From an uncultured Thermodesulfobacteriota bacterium (GTDB taxonomy: Bacteria; Desulfobacterota; B13-G15): DNA of 64,000 bases. This document shows positions 37,619-50,105 of this stretch, one piece after another. The stretch lies in assembly GCA_964611295.1 (NCBI GenBank), contig CAZSWV010000002.1, forward strand, positions 74,988 to 138,987, written 5' to 3'. Position numbers and translations under genes: made by a program. Within the stretch, counting starts at the first letter, position 1. The number at the start of each line of letters is the position of its first letter. The notes beneath the pieces were generated by a model. It saw only the letters and a list, made by a program, of their open reading frames with translations, searched no databases and was not told the DNA's origin.

Positions 37619-38194
37619 ATGGGACTTTTGGTTGAACTTGACCTCAGAGGGAAAAGAGTCCTCTTAATAGGAGGAGGTTGTATAGCGACGAGGAGATTTT
37701 TAAAACTATACCAAGCCCGTCCTTCGCTATTAAGGGTAGTAGCAAAAAGGATACAGGAGGAAATCAAAAAAGTGGCTTTTGTCACCCCATGGATTGAACT
37801 TTTTGAAAGGGATTTTCAAGAAGAAGACCTAGAGGGCTTCCATATGGTATTGGCTGCAACAGATGACGCGGATCTCAATCGTAGGATAGCCTTTTTGGCA
37901 AGGGGAAAAGGTATGTGGGTCAACGTGGCAAATGATAGAGGACTTTCTGATTTTTTCTTCCTTGCTACTGTGGAAAGACCACCTTTGTCTATAGGGGTTT
38001 CTTCTTCAGGAACGCTTCCCGCCTTTTCAAGTGCCCTTAAGGAAGCTTTAGAATCAACTCTCCCATGGGATGAGCTTGTCCGTGAACTCCATCTACTGGT
38101 TATGCAAAGAGGCAAAATTCCTTCTTCGGAAATGCGCAAAAGATGTTTAAATAGGATACTTTCAGTGTGGCCTAAATTTACAAAGGACAAATAA
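37619..38194 (+). CDS. sirC: Precorrin-2 dehydrogenase / sirohydrochlorin ferrochelatase (SirC / CysG N-domain-like)
   Basis: LRGKRVLLIGGG Rossmann N-terminus, length 191 aa. Confidence 0.75.
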   Translation: MGLLVELDLRGKRVLLIGGGCIATRRFLKLYQARPSLLRVVAKRIQEEIKKVAFVTPWIELFERDFQEEDLEGFHMVLAATDDADLNRRIAFLARGKGMWVNVANDRGLSDFFFLATVERPPLSIGVSSSGTLPAFSSALKEALESTLPWDELVRELHLLVMQRGKIPSSEMRKRCLNRILSVWPKFTKDK

Positions 38195-38196
38195 AT

Positions 38197-39582
38197 TTAC
38201 TCTTTCTTAAAGAGGGTGGAAAAATTTGTCTCTAACGATAGACAATCAAAAAAAGGGGGAAGTATGAACTTTTCTTTTTTTTCCATAACTTTTTCCCCTT
38301 TCTCTCCGAACCTATCAAGGTAAGCTTCTAAGCAGACTTGATCACCAAAGACAAAGGTCGTAAAAGTATCCAGGTGTTCTTCTATTATCTTAGAAACGTT
38401 CTTACCAGAGGGAAGTACTTCTAAGAAATCTAAAAAATACACTTCAGCTCCAAGATCGCTTAAAAACATGTAAGTTGCTTTGTCCTTCATAGGAAGTCCT
38501 ATTTTCCTACCTTTTAGTCCATCTTTTTTTACATCGATCTCGAAAAGTTTATAGGGTATACCTTTTTCGAACAATATGGGTTTGCCATCTGCAGGACAGA
38601 GGATCTCAAATCTCATTTCCCTCAGGTCCAAGCCTAGACGATTAAAGGCCCTCAGCATAGGGGTCAGTAAGGCCCTTCTTGGAATAGCCAGGAAATCCAA
38701 GCCTTTTATTCTCTGTATCTCCTCCTTACAGGATGCCTTTGGCTCGTATTTCAAAACAGGAAAGACAAAGACCTTCGCCCCTTTTTCCTTTAGAAAGCTT
38801 GAAAGGAACAGCCCTTCTTCCTTAGGGGTTACTAACAAAATTTCCTTCCCTAACAGAGGACGTTTTTCAAACCAATTAAGTTTAAATCTGAGGTTACAGA
38901 CATCCCCGAGGACGATTAAAGAGGGAGACACTAGGTCGATACTAGACATTTCCTTTAGCTTGCCTTCTATTACCTTCTGCCTTGTTGTAGCCCCCCACGT
39001 TATAGCTGTAACAGGTGTATCAGGATCCATTCCAAGCGCAAGGAGACGCTGCAATGTTTCTTTCGCATTTTTAGCCCCCATAAATAATACCACCGTTCCT
39101 TTAAATTGAGCTATGGAAGCCCAGTTAATTGCTTGGTCTTTTTGAGGATCTTCATGACACGTAGCAGCGCAAAAACAAGAAGATATACGCCGATGAGTCA
39201 AAGGGATTCCTGCATAAGCAGGAACTGCATAAAGAGAACTTACACCTGGTACTACTTCAACATCAATATCTTTTTCAACTAGATACTCAACTTCTTCTCC
39301 TCCCCGACCAAATATAAAGGGATCTCCTCCTTTAAGTCTTACTACAAGTTTACCTTCCTTTGCTTTTTGTTCCATTACATAATTTATTTGTTCTTGAGTG
39401 ACATTGCGACGTTTACCGACAGGGATAAGTTCGGCTTCTTCTTTACAGTGAACCAAAATTTCATGAGGAATAAGGTCATCATAAAGCACAACGTCTGCCT
39501 TTTTTAACACTTCTAATCCTCTACAGGTAATCAGACCTGGATCTCCTGGACCTGCCCCTACTATGTAAACTTTTCCAGCCAC
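38197..39582 (-). CDS. cobA-hemD: Uroporphyrinogen-III C-methyltransferase fused to uroporphyrinogen-III synthase (CobA-HemD)
   Basis: VYIVGAGPGDPGLIT SUMT domain, then a HemD-like C-terminal portion of about 220 aa. Confidence 0.82.
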   Translation of the reverse strand: MAGKVYIVGAGPGDPGLITCRGLEVLKKADVVLYDDLIPHEILVHCKEEAELIPVGKRRNVTQEQINYVMEQKAKEGKLVVRLKGGDPFIFGRGGEEVEYLVEKDIDVEVVPGVSSLYAVPAYAGIPLTHRRISSCFCAATCHEDPQKDQAINWASIAQFKGTVVLFMGAKNAKETLQRLLALGMDPDTPVTAITWGATTRQKVIEGKLKEMSSIDLVSPSLIVLGDVCNLRFKLNWFEKRPLLGKEILLVTPKEEGLFLSSFLKEKGAKVFVFPVLKYEPKASCKEEIQRIKGLDFLAIPRRALLTPMLRAFNRLGLDLREMRFEILCPADGKPILFEKGIPYKLFEIDVKKDGLKGRKIGLPMKDKATYMFLSDLGAEVYFLDFLEVLPSGKNVSKIIEEHLDTFTTFVFGDQVCLEAYLDRFGEKGEKVMEKKEKFILPPFFDCLSLETNFSTLFKKE

Positions 39583-39729
39583 AGGATATTTACCGTATGA
39601 GGGTAAGAGCGAAGTAAGCGTATGTCTTTTCCTGATTCATTCCGGCTGTCCTTTAGGCAAAATAATCTTTCCGCTTTTGTCCTTTTGCGAGATACGAAAC
39701 AACTCCTACGCTAAAATTGTAAAAACAAA

Positions 39730-39804
39730 TGGTGGAGATGGGGGGATTCGAACCCCCGACCCTCACGTTGCGAACGTGATGCTCTCCCCCTGAGCTACAT
39801 CCCC
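39730..39804 (-). tRNA. tRNA-Ala (anticodon CGC)
   Basis: The reverse complement folds as a cloverleaf: GGGGATG acceptor with G3:U70, anticodon arm TCACG-TTCGCAA-CGTGA, T-loop GGTTCGAATCC, and a 3' CCA. Confidence 0.85.
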
Positions 39805-39956
39805 CTTTTTAATTATCCTTCCTTTCTTCTTCCGCATCAAGGGTTTAAGAGGGTAAAACAAACGGCTTGCCACCTAGGCCTGTTGGAGTTGACTAGTTTT
39901 GGCTGAGTGTGTTAAAAAAGTTTGCGACATTCTTCACAAAAGCCAGGAGGTGAAAA

Positions 39957-40748
39957 ATGGAGATTTTGGTTTGCTTAAAACAGGTGCCCGATACCGAAGC
40001 TGATATCCGTCCTACCCCGGATATGGGTTCCATAGACTATTCGGGTGTGAAGTTCATAATGAACGTTTATGATGAATACGCTGTTGAGGAAGCCCTGAGG
40101 TTAAAGGAGAAAGTAGGGGGAAAGGTCACTGTTATTTCCCTTGGTCCAGATAGGGTAGTCGAAGCTATAAGGACGGCTTTGGCTATGGGAGCAGACGAGG
40201 CTATACATCTCAATGACCCTGCATTATTTGATGGAGACGCTTATACAACTGCAAAAGCCCTAGCGGCCGCGATAAAAATGATCCCTTACGATGTGATCTT
40301 CTGTGGGAAACAAGCCATAGATGACGATTTGGCCCAAGTTCCCAGTATTTTGGGCGAGATGTTAGGGATACCAACCGTTACCAACATTCAGCGATTTGAA
40401 GTCTTAGATGGGAAAAAGGTAAGAGTCCACCGGCAGGTAGAAGGGGGACTTGATGTTATTGAACTACAGCTTCCTGCAATATTTACAGCTACAAAAGGAC
40501 TTAATGAACCCCGTTATCCTTCCTTGCCGGGAATAATGAAAGCCAAGAAAAAACCGTTGAAGACAATGGGGTTATCAGAACTTGGGCTAAATGAGAATGA
40601 AGTTGGCTCAAAGGGAGCGCTGACAAAAATCCTTCGGTATTCTTTGCCTCCTATGAGACAGGCAGGAAAGATAATAGAAGGCGAAACGCCTGAGGAAAAG
40701 GCTGCAAAACTTGTAAAGCTGTTGCGCGAAGAAGCTAAAGTAATCTAA
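39957..40748 (+). CDS. etfB: Electron transfer flavoprotein beta subunit
   Basis: MEILVCLKQVPD N-terminus typical of EtfB. AGGAGG ribosome-binding site. Confidence 0.9.
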   Translation: MEILVCLKQVPDTEADIRPTPDMGSIDYSGVKFIMNVYDEYAVEEALRLKEKVGGKVTVISLGPDRVVEAIRTALAMGADEAIHLNDPALFDGDAYTTAKALAAAIKMIPYDVIFCGKQAIDDDLAQVPSILGEMLGIPTVTNIQRFEVLDGKKVRVHRQVEGGLDVIELQLPAIFTATKGLNEPRYPSLPGIMKAKKKPLKTMGLSELGLNENEVGSKGALTKILRYSLPPMRQAGKIIEGETPEEKAAKLVKLLREEAKVI

Positions 40749-40760
40749 AGGAGGGGAAAG

Positions 40761-41753
40761 ATGGCTGGGATATGGGTATACGCGGAAGTAAAGGATGGAA
40801 AAGTGAAGAAGGTCACATATGAGATGTTAGGTGCAGCTAAGAAAATGTCGGAGAAAAAGGGCGAGCCAGTTTGTGCTTTGTTGATAGGTAAAGATGTCTC
40901 TCCTCTTGCCTCTGAGTTAGGGGCTTATGGAGCTGATAAAGTCTTTGTAGTAGAAGGTGATGCCTTTGCAAAATACACCACTGGGGCTTACACAAAAGCT
41001 ATTTGTGATTTAGTGAAGCAGTATGAACCTTCTATTTTGCTCTTCGGTGCTACTATAAATGGAAAAGACCTTTCAGCTAGGATAGCAGGAAGGCTTGGAG
41101 TTGGATTGGCCACAGATTGTACTGAGGTGTGGCTGGATGAAGGAGGAAACTTGGTAGTTAAGCGTCCGATGTTTGCAGGCAAGGTATATGCAGAAGTGAT
41201 TTTTTCCGATAGAAAACCGCAAATGGCTTCGATAAGGCCAAATGCATTAGGTATACCAGAAGCAGATCCTTCACGTAAAGCGGAAGTGTTGAAAGTAGAT
41301 ATAAGCGTTAACGATGAAGAGTTTGGATATAAAGTGGTAGGCTTTGAACCAGTTGGTACCGGGAAGATCGACCTAACGGAAGCCGAGATCATCGTATCGG
41401 GTGGTAGGGGTATGAAGGCTGCTGAGAACTTCAAGCTTCTTGAAGAACTGGCAGAACTTTTAGGAGGAGCAGTAGGGGCTTCCAGGGCAGCTGTTGACGC
41501 TGGATGGCGTCCTCAGTCAGATCAAGTGGGGCAAAGCGGTAAAGTAGTAAGCCCCAACCTTTACATTGCCTGTGGTATTTCGGGTGCTATCCAACATCTG
41601 GCGGGGATGGGGACATCTAAGGTAATAGTCGCAATAAATAAGGACCCAGAAGCCCCTATCTTTAAAAAAGCTGACTATGGGATAGTAGATGATTTGTTTA
41701 AGGTGGTACCGGCCTTGATCGAGGAAGTAAAAAAGTTAAAAGCCCAGGGATAA
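40761..41753 (+). CDS. etfA: Electron transfer flavoprotein alpha subunit
   Basis: EtfA fold with the C-terminal FAD-binding region containing GISGAIQHLAG. Confidence 0.9.
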   Translation: MAGIWVYAEVKDGKVKKVTYEMLGAAKKMSEKKGEPVCALLIGKDVSPLASELGAYGADKVFVVEGDAFAKYTTGAYTKAICDLVKQYEPSILLFGATINGKDLSARIAGRLGVGLATDCTEVWLDEGGNLVVKRPMFAGKVYAEVIFSDRKPQMASIRPNALGIPEADPSRKAEVLKVDISVNDEEFGYKVVGFEPVGTGKIDLTEAEIIVSGGRGMKAAENFKLLEELAELLGGAVGASRAAVDAGWRPQSDQVGQSGKVVSPNLYIACGISGAIQHLAGMGTSKVIVAINKDPEAPIFKKADYGIVDDLFKVVPALIEEVKKLKAQG

Positions 41754-41756
41754 AGT

Positions 41757-41790
41757 CCTTTGGGGAGGCCTTATAAGGCCTCCCCAAAGG
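41757..41790 (+). promoter_or_regulatory. Perfect 14-bp stem-loop between etfA and the membrane oxidoreductase gene (attenuator or processing/stability element)
   Basis: CCTTTGGGGAGGCC-TTATAA-GGCCTCCCCAAAGG with no strong U-tract after it. Confidence 0.5.
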
Positions 41791-41827
41791 GAAAGATCGT
41801 TTTGAATCATACGTAGGAGGTCAATCC

Positions 41828-43843
41828 GTGGAACATAGGGAGTTGTTTTGGAATGTCAAGGAAGTAGGTTTTATCACTTACCTGATAATGGGGCTCGCAG
41901 TCCTGATATGGGTATACTTGTTTTACGAACGGGTAAAGTTGTGGAAAAGGGGTAAAGCCGAAAAACGGTGTGAGAAGTTGCCCACAAGGATCTTGGGGAC
42001 AATAGGGAACGTTTTAGGACAAATAAAGGTTTTCCGTGAAAAATACCCTGGATTGATGCACGGCTTTATATTCTGGGGGTTTGTGATACTTCTTGTGGGA
42101 ACTGCAGTGGAGGCCTTTGACCATTATGCAAAGGTCCATTTTTTGGAGGGCAGACCATACCTTGTATTCGCTTTTCTTATGGACTTAGGTGGCGCTATGG
42201 CTTTAGCGGGTACGATAATGGCAGTAATACGCAGGTATGTTTGGAAACCGCGTGCTTTGGACAATCGAAAAGAAGACGCTTTTGTACTTGTGATGTTAGC
42301 CATCGTCTTAATCACGGGATTTTTAGTAGAAGGCGCAAGGTTAGCTGCACAAACAACTGATTCCCCCTGGGAAAAGTGGTCCTTTGTTGGTTGGAATGTT
42401 TTCAGGTGGTTTTTTGACCAGTCAAATGTCTTGATATATCATAAGTTATTCTGGTGGATACATTTATTATCGTCTTTCGTATTCGTAGTTGTATTGGTAA
42501 ACACCAAACTTTTACATTTAGTGACCTCTATACTAACTACTTTTTTCCGCAATCTTTCTCCACAATCCCTTAAATTAATAGAAAATATAGAAGAAGCAGA
42601 ATCTTTCGGGGTAAATAGAATAGAAGAATTTACGTGGATAGATTTGATGCAATTAGATGCATGTGTTCGTTGCGGAAGGTGTCAAGAACATTGTCCAGCT
42701 TTTTTGACCAATAAACCTTTAAATCCTAAAGACGTAATCCAAAATCTTAAATCGCATTTTATCAGAACGTCTCGTCCTGTTATCTCGCGTCTCAGGATAT
42801 GGGGAGTCGAAGATAGCAATAACACCGACTCAGATGTAAAGCCGATTATCGGGACAGTAATAGAAGAAGATGCTATTTGGTCTTGTACAACTTGTGGTTC
42901 CTGTGTAATTCAGTGTCCAATGTACATAGAACAATACCCGAAACTTATAGAAATGAGAAGATACCTGGTGCTTATGGAAAGTCGGTTCCCTCCAGAATTG
43001 CAAACAGCTTTCAGAAATTTGGAAAATAACTCAAACCCGTGGGGAATAGGAATGCATACAAGAGGAGACTGGGCAAAAGAAGGTGGAATAAACCTTATTT
43101 CTGAAAACCCAGAGGTGGAATACCTTTTCTTTGTAGGATGTGCGGGGTCTTTCGATGACAGAAACAAAAAAGTCGCTCTTTCCATTTCCAAAATCCTTCA
43201 GGCCGCTGGGATTAAATTCGCCGTCATGGGCCCAGAAGAAGGGTGTTGTGGAGATCCTGCAAGAAGGTTAGGCAATGAATATCTATATCAGATCTTAGCA
43301 AAGCAAAACATAGAAATTATGAAGAATTATGGTGTCAAGAAAATCATAACTATGTGTCCACATTGCTATAATACACTTAAAAATGAATATCCACAATTGG
43401 GCGGGACGTTTGAAGTTTACCACTATGTGGAGATATTTTCAAAACTAATAAAAGATAAGAAACTTAACCTTACTAATAGCATTTCATTAAGCGTAACATA
43501 TCATGATAGTTGTTACTTAGGACGTTATAACAAGATATACAAAGAACCCCGTTTCATTCTTAAGTCCATTCCATCTATTCAATTGTTTGAGATGAAACGG
43601 TCAAAAGACAAAAGTTTTTGTTGCGGAGCAGGAGGTGGTAGGTTCTGGATGGAAGAACATCTTGGGACACGCATAAATCATTCACGAATAGAAGACGCAA
43701 AGAACACTAATGCTCAGATAGTGGTAAGTTCATGTCCCTTCTGCCTGACGATGTTATCAGACGCTATTAAAGAGAGAGAATTAGAAGATAAATTACAAGC
43801 CAAAGACCTCTCGGAGATTTTAAAGGAGGCTATTGGTGTATGA
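41828..43843 (+). CDS. Etf-associated membrane Fe-S oxidoreductase (NarI-like transmembrane heme-b domain, two 4Fe-4S motifs, HdrD/GlpC-like CCG domains)
   Basis: GTG start after AGGAGG. N-terminal hydrophobic helices, then CVRCGRCQEHCP and CTTCGSCVIQCP, then CCG-type motifs (CCGDP, CPHC, CCGAGGG, SCPFC). Confidence 0.8.
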   Translation: MEHRELFWNVKEVGFITYLIMGLAVLIWVYLFYERVKLWKRGKAEKRCEKLPTRILGTIGNVLGQIKVFREKYPGLMHGFIFWGFVILLVGTAVEAFDHYAKVHFLEGRPYLVFAFLMDLGGAMALAGTIMAVIRRYVWKPRALDNRKEDAFVLVMLAIVLITGFLVEGARLAAQTTDSPWEKWSFVGWNVFRWFFDQSNVLIYHKLFWWIHLLSSFVFVVVLVNTKLLHLVTSILTTFFRNLSPQSLKLIENIEEAESFGVNRIEEFTWIDLMQLDACVRCGRCQEHCPAFLTNKPLNPKDVIQNLKSHFIRTSRPVISRLRIWGVEDSNNTDSDVKPIIGTVIEEDAIWSCTTCGSCVIQCPMYIEQYPKLIEMRRYLVLMESRFPPELQTAFRNLENNSNPWGIGMHTRGDWAKEGGINLISENPEVEYLFFVGCAGSFDDRNKKVALSISKILQAAGIKFAVMGPEEGCCGDPARRLGNEYLYQILAKQNIEIMKNYGVKKIITMCPHCYNTLKNEYPQLGGTFEVYHYVEIFSKLIKDKKLNLTNSISLSVTYHDSCYLGRYNKIYKEPRFILKSIPSIQLFEMKRSKDKSFCCGAGGGRFWMEEHLGTRINHSRIEDAKNTNAQIVVSSCPFCLTMLSDAIKERELEDKLQAKDLSEILKEAIGV

Positions 43844-44207
43844 ATTGTCAGTTAAATTAAATTTCTCTGCTGCTCACAATTTAAGAAAACTAAAAGGAAA
43901 ATGTGAAGCTTTACATGGTCACAACTATAAAGTGGAGATTTTAGTAAGTTCAAAAGAGCTTACAGAAGAAGGAATTGTGATGGACTTTGGCGATTTGAAG
44001 TCAGCTCTCAAAGAAGTCTTAGAAAAACTGGATCACAAGTATCTAAACGAGATACCTCCTTTCGATAAAGAGGAGCCTTCCTGCGAAAATTTGGCTAAAT
44101 TTATCACAAATGAATTATTACGACACATTCCTAGTAATGTAGTTATAAAAAAAGTTACTGTTTGGGAATCTGAAGACACTTCAGCAAGTTATCTCCCTAC
44201 ACCATGA
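43833..44207 (+). CDS. queD: 6-carboxy-5,6,7,8-tetrahydropterin synthase / PTPS family
   Basis: CEALHGHNY (Cx3HGH) catalytic motif, length 124 aa. Confidence 0.8.
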   Translation: MVYELSVKLNFSAAHNLRKLKGKCEALHGHNYKVEILVSSKELTEEGIVMDFGDLKSALKEVLEKLDHKYLNEIPPFDKEEPSCENLAKFITNELLRHIPSNVVIKKVTVWESEDTSASYLPTP

Positions 44208-44966
44208 AGGACGTTCAAAACGAAAAAGATACCCGTAACCAAGAAATCCAAAAAGTAGGAGTTAAAGGAGTACGTTATCCTATCACTGTTCTGGATAAAA
44301 AAGAAGGCTTCCAGCATACTGTAGCGACGGTCAACATGTACGTAGACTTGTCTCCTCATTTCAAAGGTACTCATATGAGTCGATTTATTGAAATTTTGAA
44401 TAAATATCGTGGGCAAATTGGAATAAAAGAACTTACATCCATTATTCAAGAAATGAAAAAAAAATTAAAAGCGAAAAGTGCTTTTGTTGAAATAGAATTT
44501 CCTTATTTCATCGAGAAGCAAGCTCCTGTTACAAAAGCAACTGGTTTTATGGAATACAAATGCAAGTTTCTTGCTTTCAGTAAAGACTCAACAATCGATT
44601 TATGCATAGAGGTAAATGTGCCTATAAGTACAGTTTGTCCGTGTTCAAAAGCAATAAGTACACATGGAGCTCACAATCAGAGGGGTACAGTGAGGTTAAA
44701 AGTACGATCCAAGAAACTTGTTTGGATAGAAGATTTGATAAAATTGGTGGAAAGCTCTGTAAGTTCCGATCTTTATACCATTTTGAAACGTCCGGACGAA
44801 AAATATGTAACAGAACGAGCCTATGAAAATCCCATGTTTGTTGAAGATGTAGTAAGGGAGATAGCAGTGAAATTAAAAAACGACCCTAATATAGTATGGT
44901 TTCTCGTCGAAGCCGAAAATTACGAATCAATTCACAACCATAATGCATATGCATGTATTGAATGGG

Positions 44967-44983
<17 letters not shown>
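44204..44983 (+). CDS. folE2: GTP cyclohydrolase FolE2/MptA (type IB)
   Basis: FolE2-family length and motifs (CPCSK...HNQRG). Confidence 0.75.
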
Positions 44984-47713
<2,730 letters not shown>

Positions 47714-47717
<4 letters not shown>

Positions 47718-49060
47718 TCAGCCGTTTCCCCTTTCCACAGGTCTTTAAAGGTAGTAAGTTCAGGTATATAAGCCAATTCTACCGTCCCAGTGGGACCATT
47801 ACGTTGTTTACCTATGATTACCTCTGCTATGCCCTTTTTGGATGTGTTGGGATTATAAACCTCATCACGGTATATAAAGAGGATCAAATCAGCATCTTGT
47901 TCTATGGCTCCTGACTCCCTGAGATCTGCAAGCTGAGGCCTACGGCCAGGACGGTCTTCAGCTCGTCGAGACAGTTGACTTATAGCAATGACTGGAATCT
48001 GCAATTCTTTGGCTAGAGCTTTCAAAGAACGCGATATTTCCGAAATTTCTTTTTCACGTGTTTCAGCATTTGACCGCCCCCTCATAAGTTGAAGATAGTC
48101 TATTATTATCAGCCCAAGTGACATTTCACCCTTTAATCTTCTTGCTTTAGCTCTTAATTCAAGTACTGACAATGCTGGTGTATCATCAATGACAATAGGT
48201 GCATCACTTAAGATACTCGCTGCTAGCGTTAGTTTTTGTAAATCAGCCTCTGACAAAAATCCGCTCCTTACTTTTGAAGCATTAACCTTAGCTTCAGCAC
48301 ATAACATACGCATAGCTACCTGTTCTTTTGACATCTCCATGGAAAAAATAGCCGTAGGTACCCTCGCATGGACCGCGGCATAATGGGCTATATTCAGACA
48401 AAAGGCAGTTTTACCCATGGATGGCCTTCCTGCTACAATGATCAAATCAGATGGTTGAAATCCAGCCGTCAATCTATCCAAGTCTTTAAATCCCGAAGGT
48501 ACACCCGTTACTAGCTCCTTACGTTCATATAAACGTTCTATTACCCTGAAAGTCTCCTTTAAAATCTCTCTTATAGGATAGAAGGAAGGTCTAACGCGGT
48601 ACTCGGAGATACTGAAAATAAGTTGTTCAGCACGATCCAAAAGCTCTTCAATGTCTTCTTCTTCTTTATAACAATCTGTGATGATCTCAGTAGCTGCAGA
48701 TATCAATTGTCTAAGGAGGGCTTTTTCTTTTACTATTCGCGCGTAATGCAAGACATTAGCCGCAGTTGGTACACATTCAGCTAATTGTGCCAAATATGTG
48801 GCTCCTCCTACTTTATCTAAGACTTTCAGCCGTTTGAGTTCATCTGTAAGCGTGATCAGATCTAAAGGCTCACCTCGCTCGTAAAGGGATATCATTGCTT
48901 GGTAAATTTTCTGGTGAGATTCTTTATAGAAATCTTCAGGACGCAAAAGTTCGATAACTTTATGGATGGCGTCGTTATCTATTATTATGCCACCTAATAC
49001 CGACTGTTCAGATTCTATACTCTGAGGAGGGAGTTTATGAAAGGGAAACTCCCTCGTCAT
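47714..49060 (-). CDS. dnaB: Replicative DNA helicase
   Basis: DnaB N-terminal domain, Walker A GRPSMGKT, RecA-like C-terminus. No intein. Confidence 0.92.
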
Positions 49061-49063
49061 TTT

Positions 49064-49510
49064 TCAATCCTCTTTTTCTACCCATACTTCAAGAGGAACC
49101 TTGACCTCTGAATGAAGTCTTACGTAAACCGTATGCGACCCAAGGTGCCTAATGGGTTCTTTCAACTCTATCCTTTTCCTATCTACCTCAATTCCCATTT
49201 CCCGAAGGGCCACTTCTATGTCATGTGGAGTAACTGCACCGAAAAGTTTGCCTTCGACCCCTGCAGACCTTTTTATCACACACTTTATTCCTGCTAACTT
49301 TTCCGCCAATCCTTGCGCACGCTCCTTTTCCCTTTGGAGTTTCCTCTCGATAAGCTTCTGACGCTCTTTAATGCGCGTTATATTTTTTGAGGTCGCAGGT
49401 TCGGCTAATCCTTTGGGAATCAGATAATTCCTTGCGTAGCCCTCTTTTACTCGCACTACTTGTCCTGCCTTACCTAAGGAAGGTACATCCTCTAGTAAAA
49501 TCACCTCCAT
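49064..49510 (-). CDS. rplI: 50S ribosomal protein L9
   Basis: MEVILLEDVPSLGKAGQVVRVKEGYARNYLIP. Confidence 0.92.
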   Translation of the reverse strand: MEVILLEDVPSLGKAGQVVRVKEGYARNYLIPKGLAEPATSKNITRIKERQKLIERKLQREKERAQGLAEKLAGIKCVIKRSAGVEGKLFGAVTPHDIEVALREMGIEVDRKRIELKEPIRHLGSHTVYVRLHSEVKVPLEVWVEKED

Positions 49511-49524
49511 TTTTTCATCCCCCC

Positions 49525-49776
49525 TTATTCAGGTATCGCGACAAAAGGCAAAAGGGCTACGTGACGCGCTCTCTTTATGGCTATTGCAAGCCGACGCTGA
49601 TGCTTAGCACAAGTACCCGTCTGCCTTCTTGGTAGTATTTTGGCACGTTCATTTAAGAACCTCTTTAGCAAATCAGCATTTTTATAATCAATCTCCAGTG
49701 AAGGATTACTACAAAACAGACATTGTTTCTTTTTTGGTGTGTAATATTTTACGGGTTTTTTTTCAGTATTTGTCAT
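49525..49776 (-). CDS. rpsR: 30S ribosomal protein S18
   Basis: CLFCS...[25 protein letters not shown]. Confidence 0.92.
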   Translation of the reverse strand: MTNTEKKPVKYYTPKKKQCLFCSNPSLEIDYKNADLLKRFLNERAKILPRRQTGTCAKHQRRLAIAIKRARHVALLPFVAIPE

Positions 49777-50105
49777 GCTTCTCCTCCCTTCAATAATGCT
49801 ATTTTTTGGGCCACAACAGTAAGGGCCTTTTTCACTCCTAGTTCCATTTTTATAACCCGTTCTTCTAAAGATCCTTCAACAAATACATTGTGTCCTTTCA
49901 TAATAGCTTTAGCAACTTTCTCATTTTCAACTCCAAAAGCCATCACTTCTATCTCTGGTTCTTGCTCCATCTCTTGTTTACGATGTTTAATGCCTGAACG
50001 TACTTTTAAGGTAAACCACAATACAACTTCACCATTTGTAGTATACCTTACTTCCACAGGAGCAGAAACCGTACCAGCCAAAATCACGCGGTTGAAGTAG
50101 AACAA
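49773..50105 (-). CDS. Short OB-fold single-stranded DNA-binding protein (PriB-like / tail-less SSB)
   Basis: [10 protein letters not shown]-terminus, 110 aa with no acidic tail. It sits in the rpsF-x-rpsR-rplI position. Confidence 0.65.
   Translation of the reverse strand: MFYFNRVILAGTVSAPVEVRYTTNGEVVLWFTLKVRSGIKHRKQEMEQEPEIEVMAFGVENEKVAKAIMKGHNVFVEGSLEERVIKMELGVKKALTVVAQKIALLKGGEA

Noticed and set aside
37284-37667. Three overlapping plus-strand ORFs (37284-37667, 37325-37528, 37387-37593) with Pro/Arg/Gly-rich translations.
   Set aside because: They are artefacts of the GC-rich cobalamin riboswitch on the minus strand. Their translations are low-complexity and no ribosome-binding site is present.
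39583-39956. A possible second B12 riboswitch or sigma-54 promoter in the cobA-hemD / tRNA-Ala / etfB intergenic regions.
   Set aside because: No GCCACUG B12 box or aptamer-like conserved blocks are present. The GG-N10-GC candidates have wrong -12 dinucleotides and point toward the tRNA.
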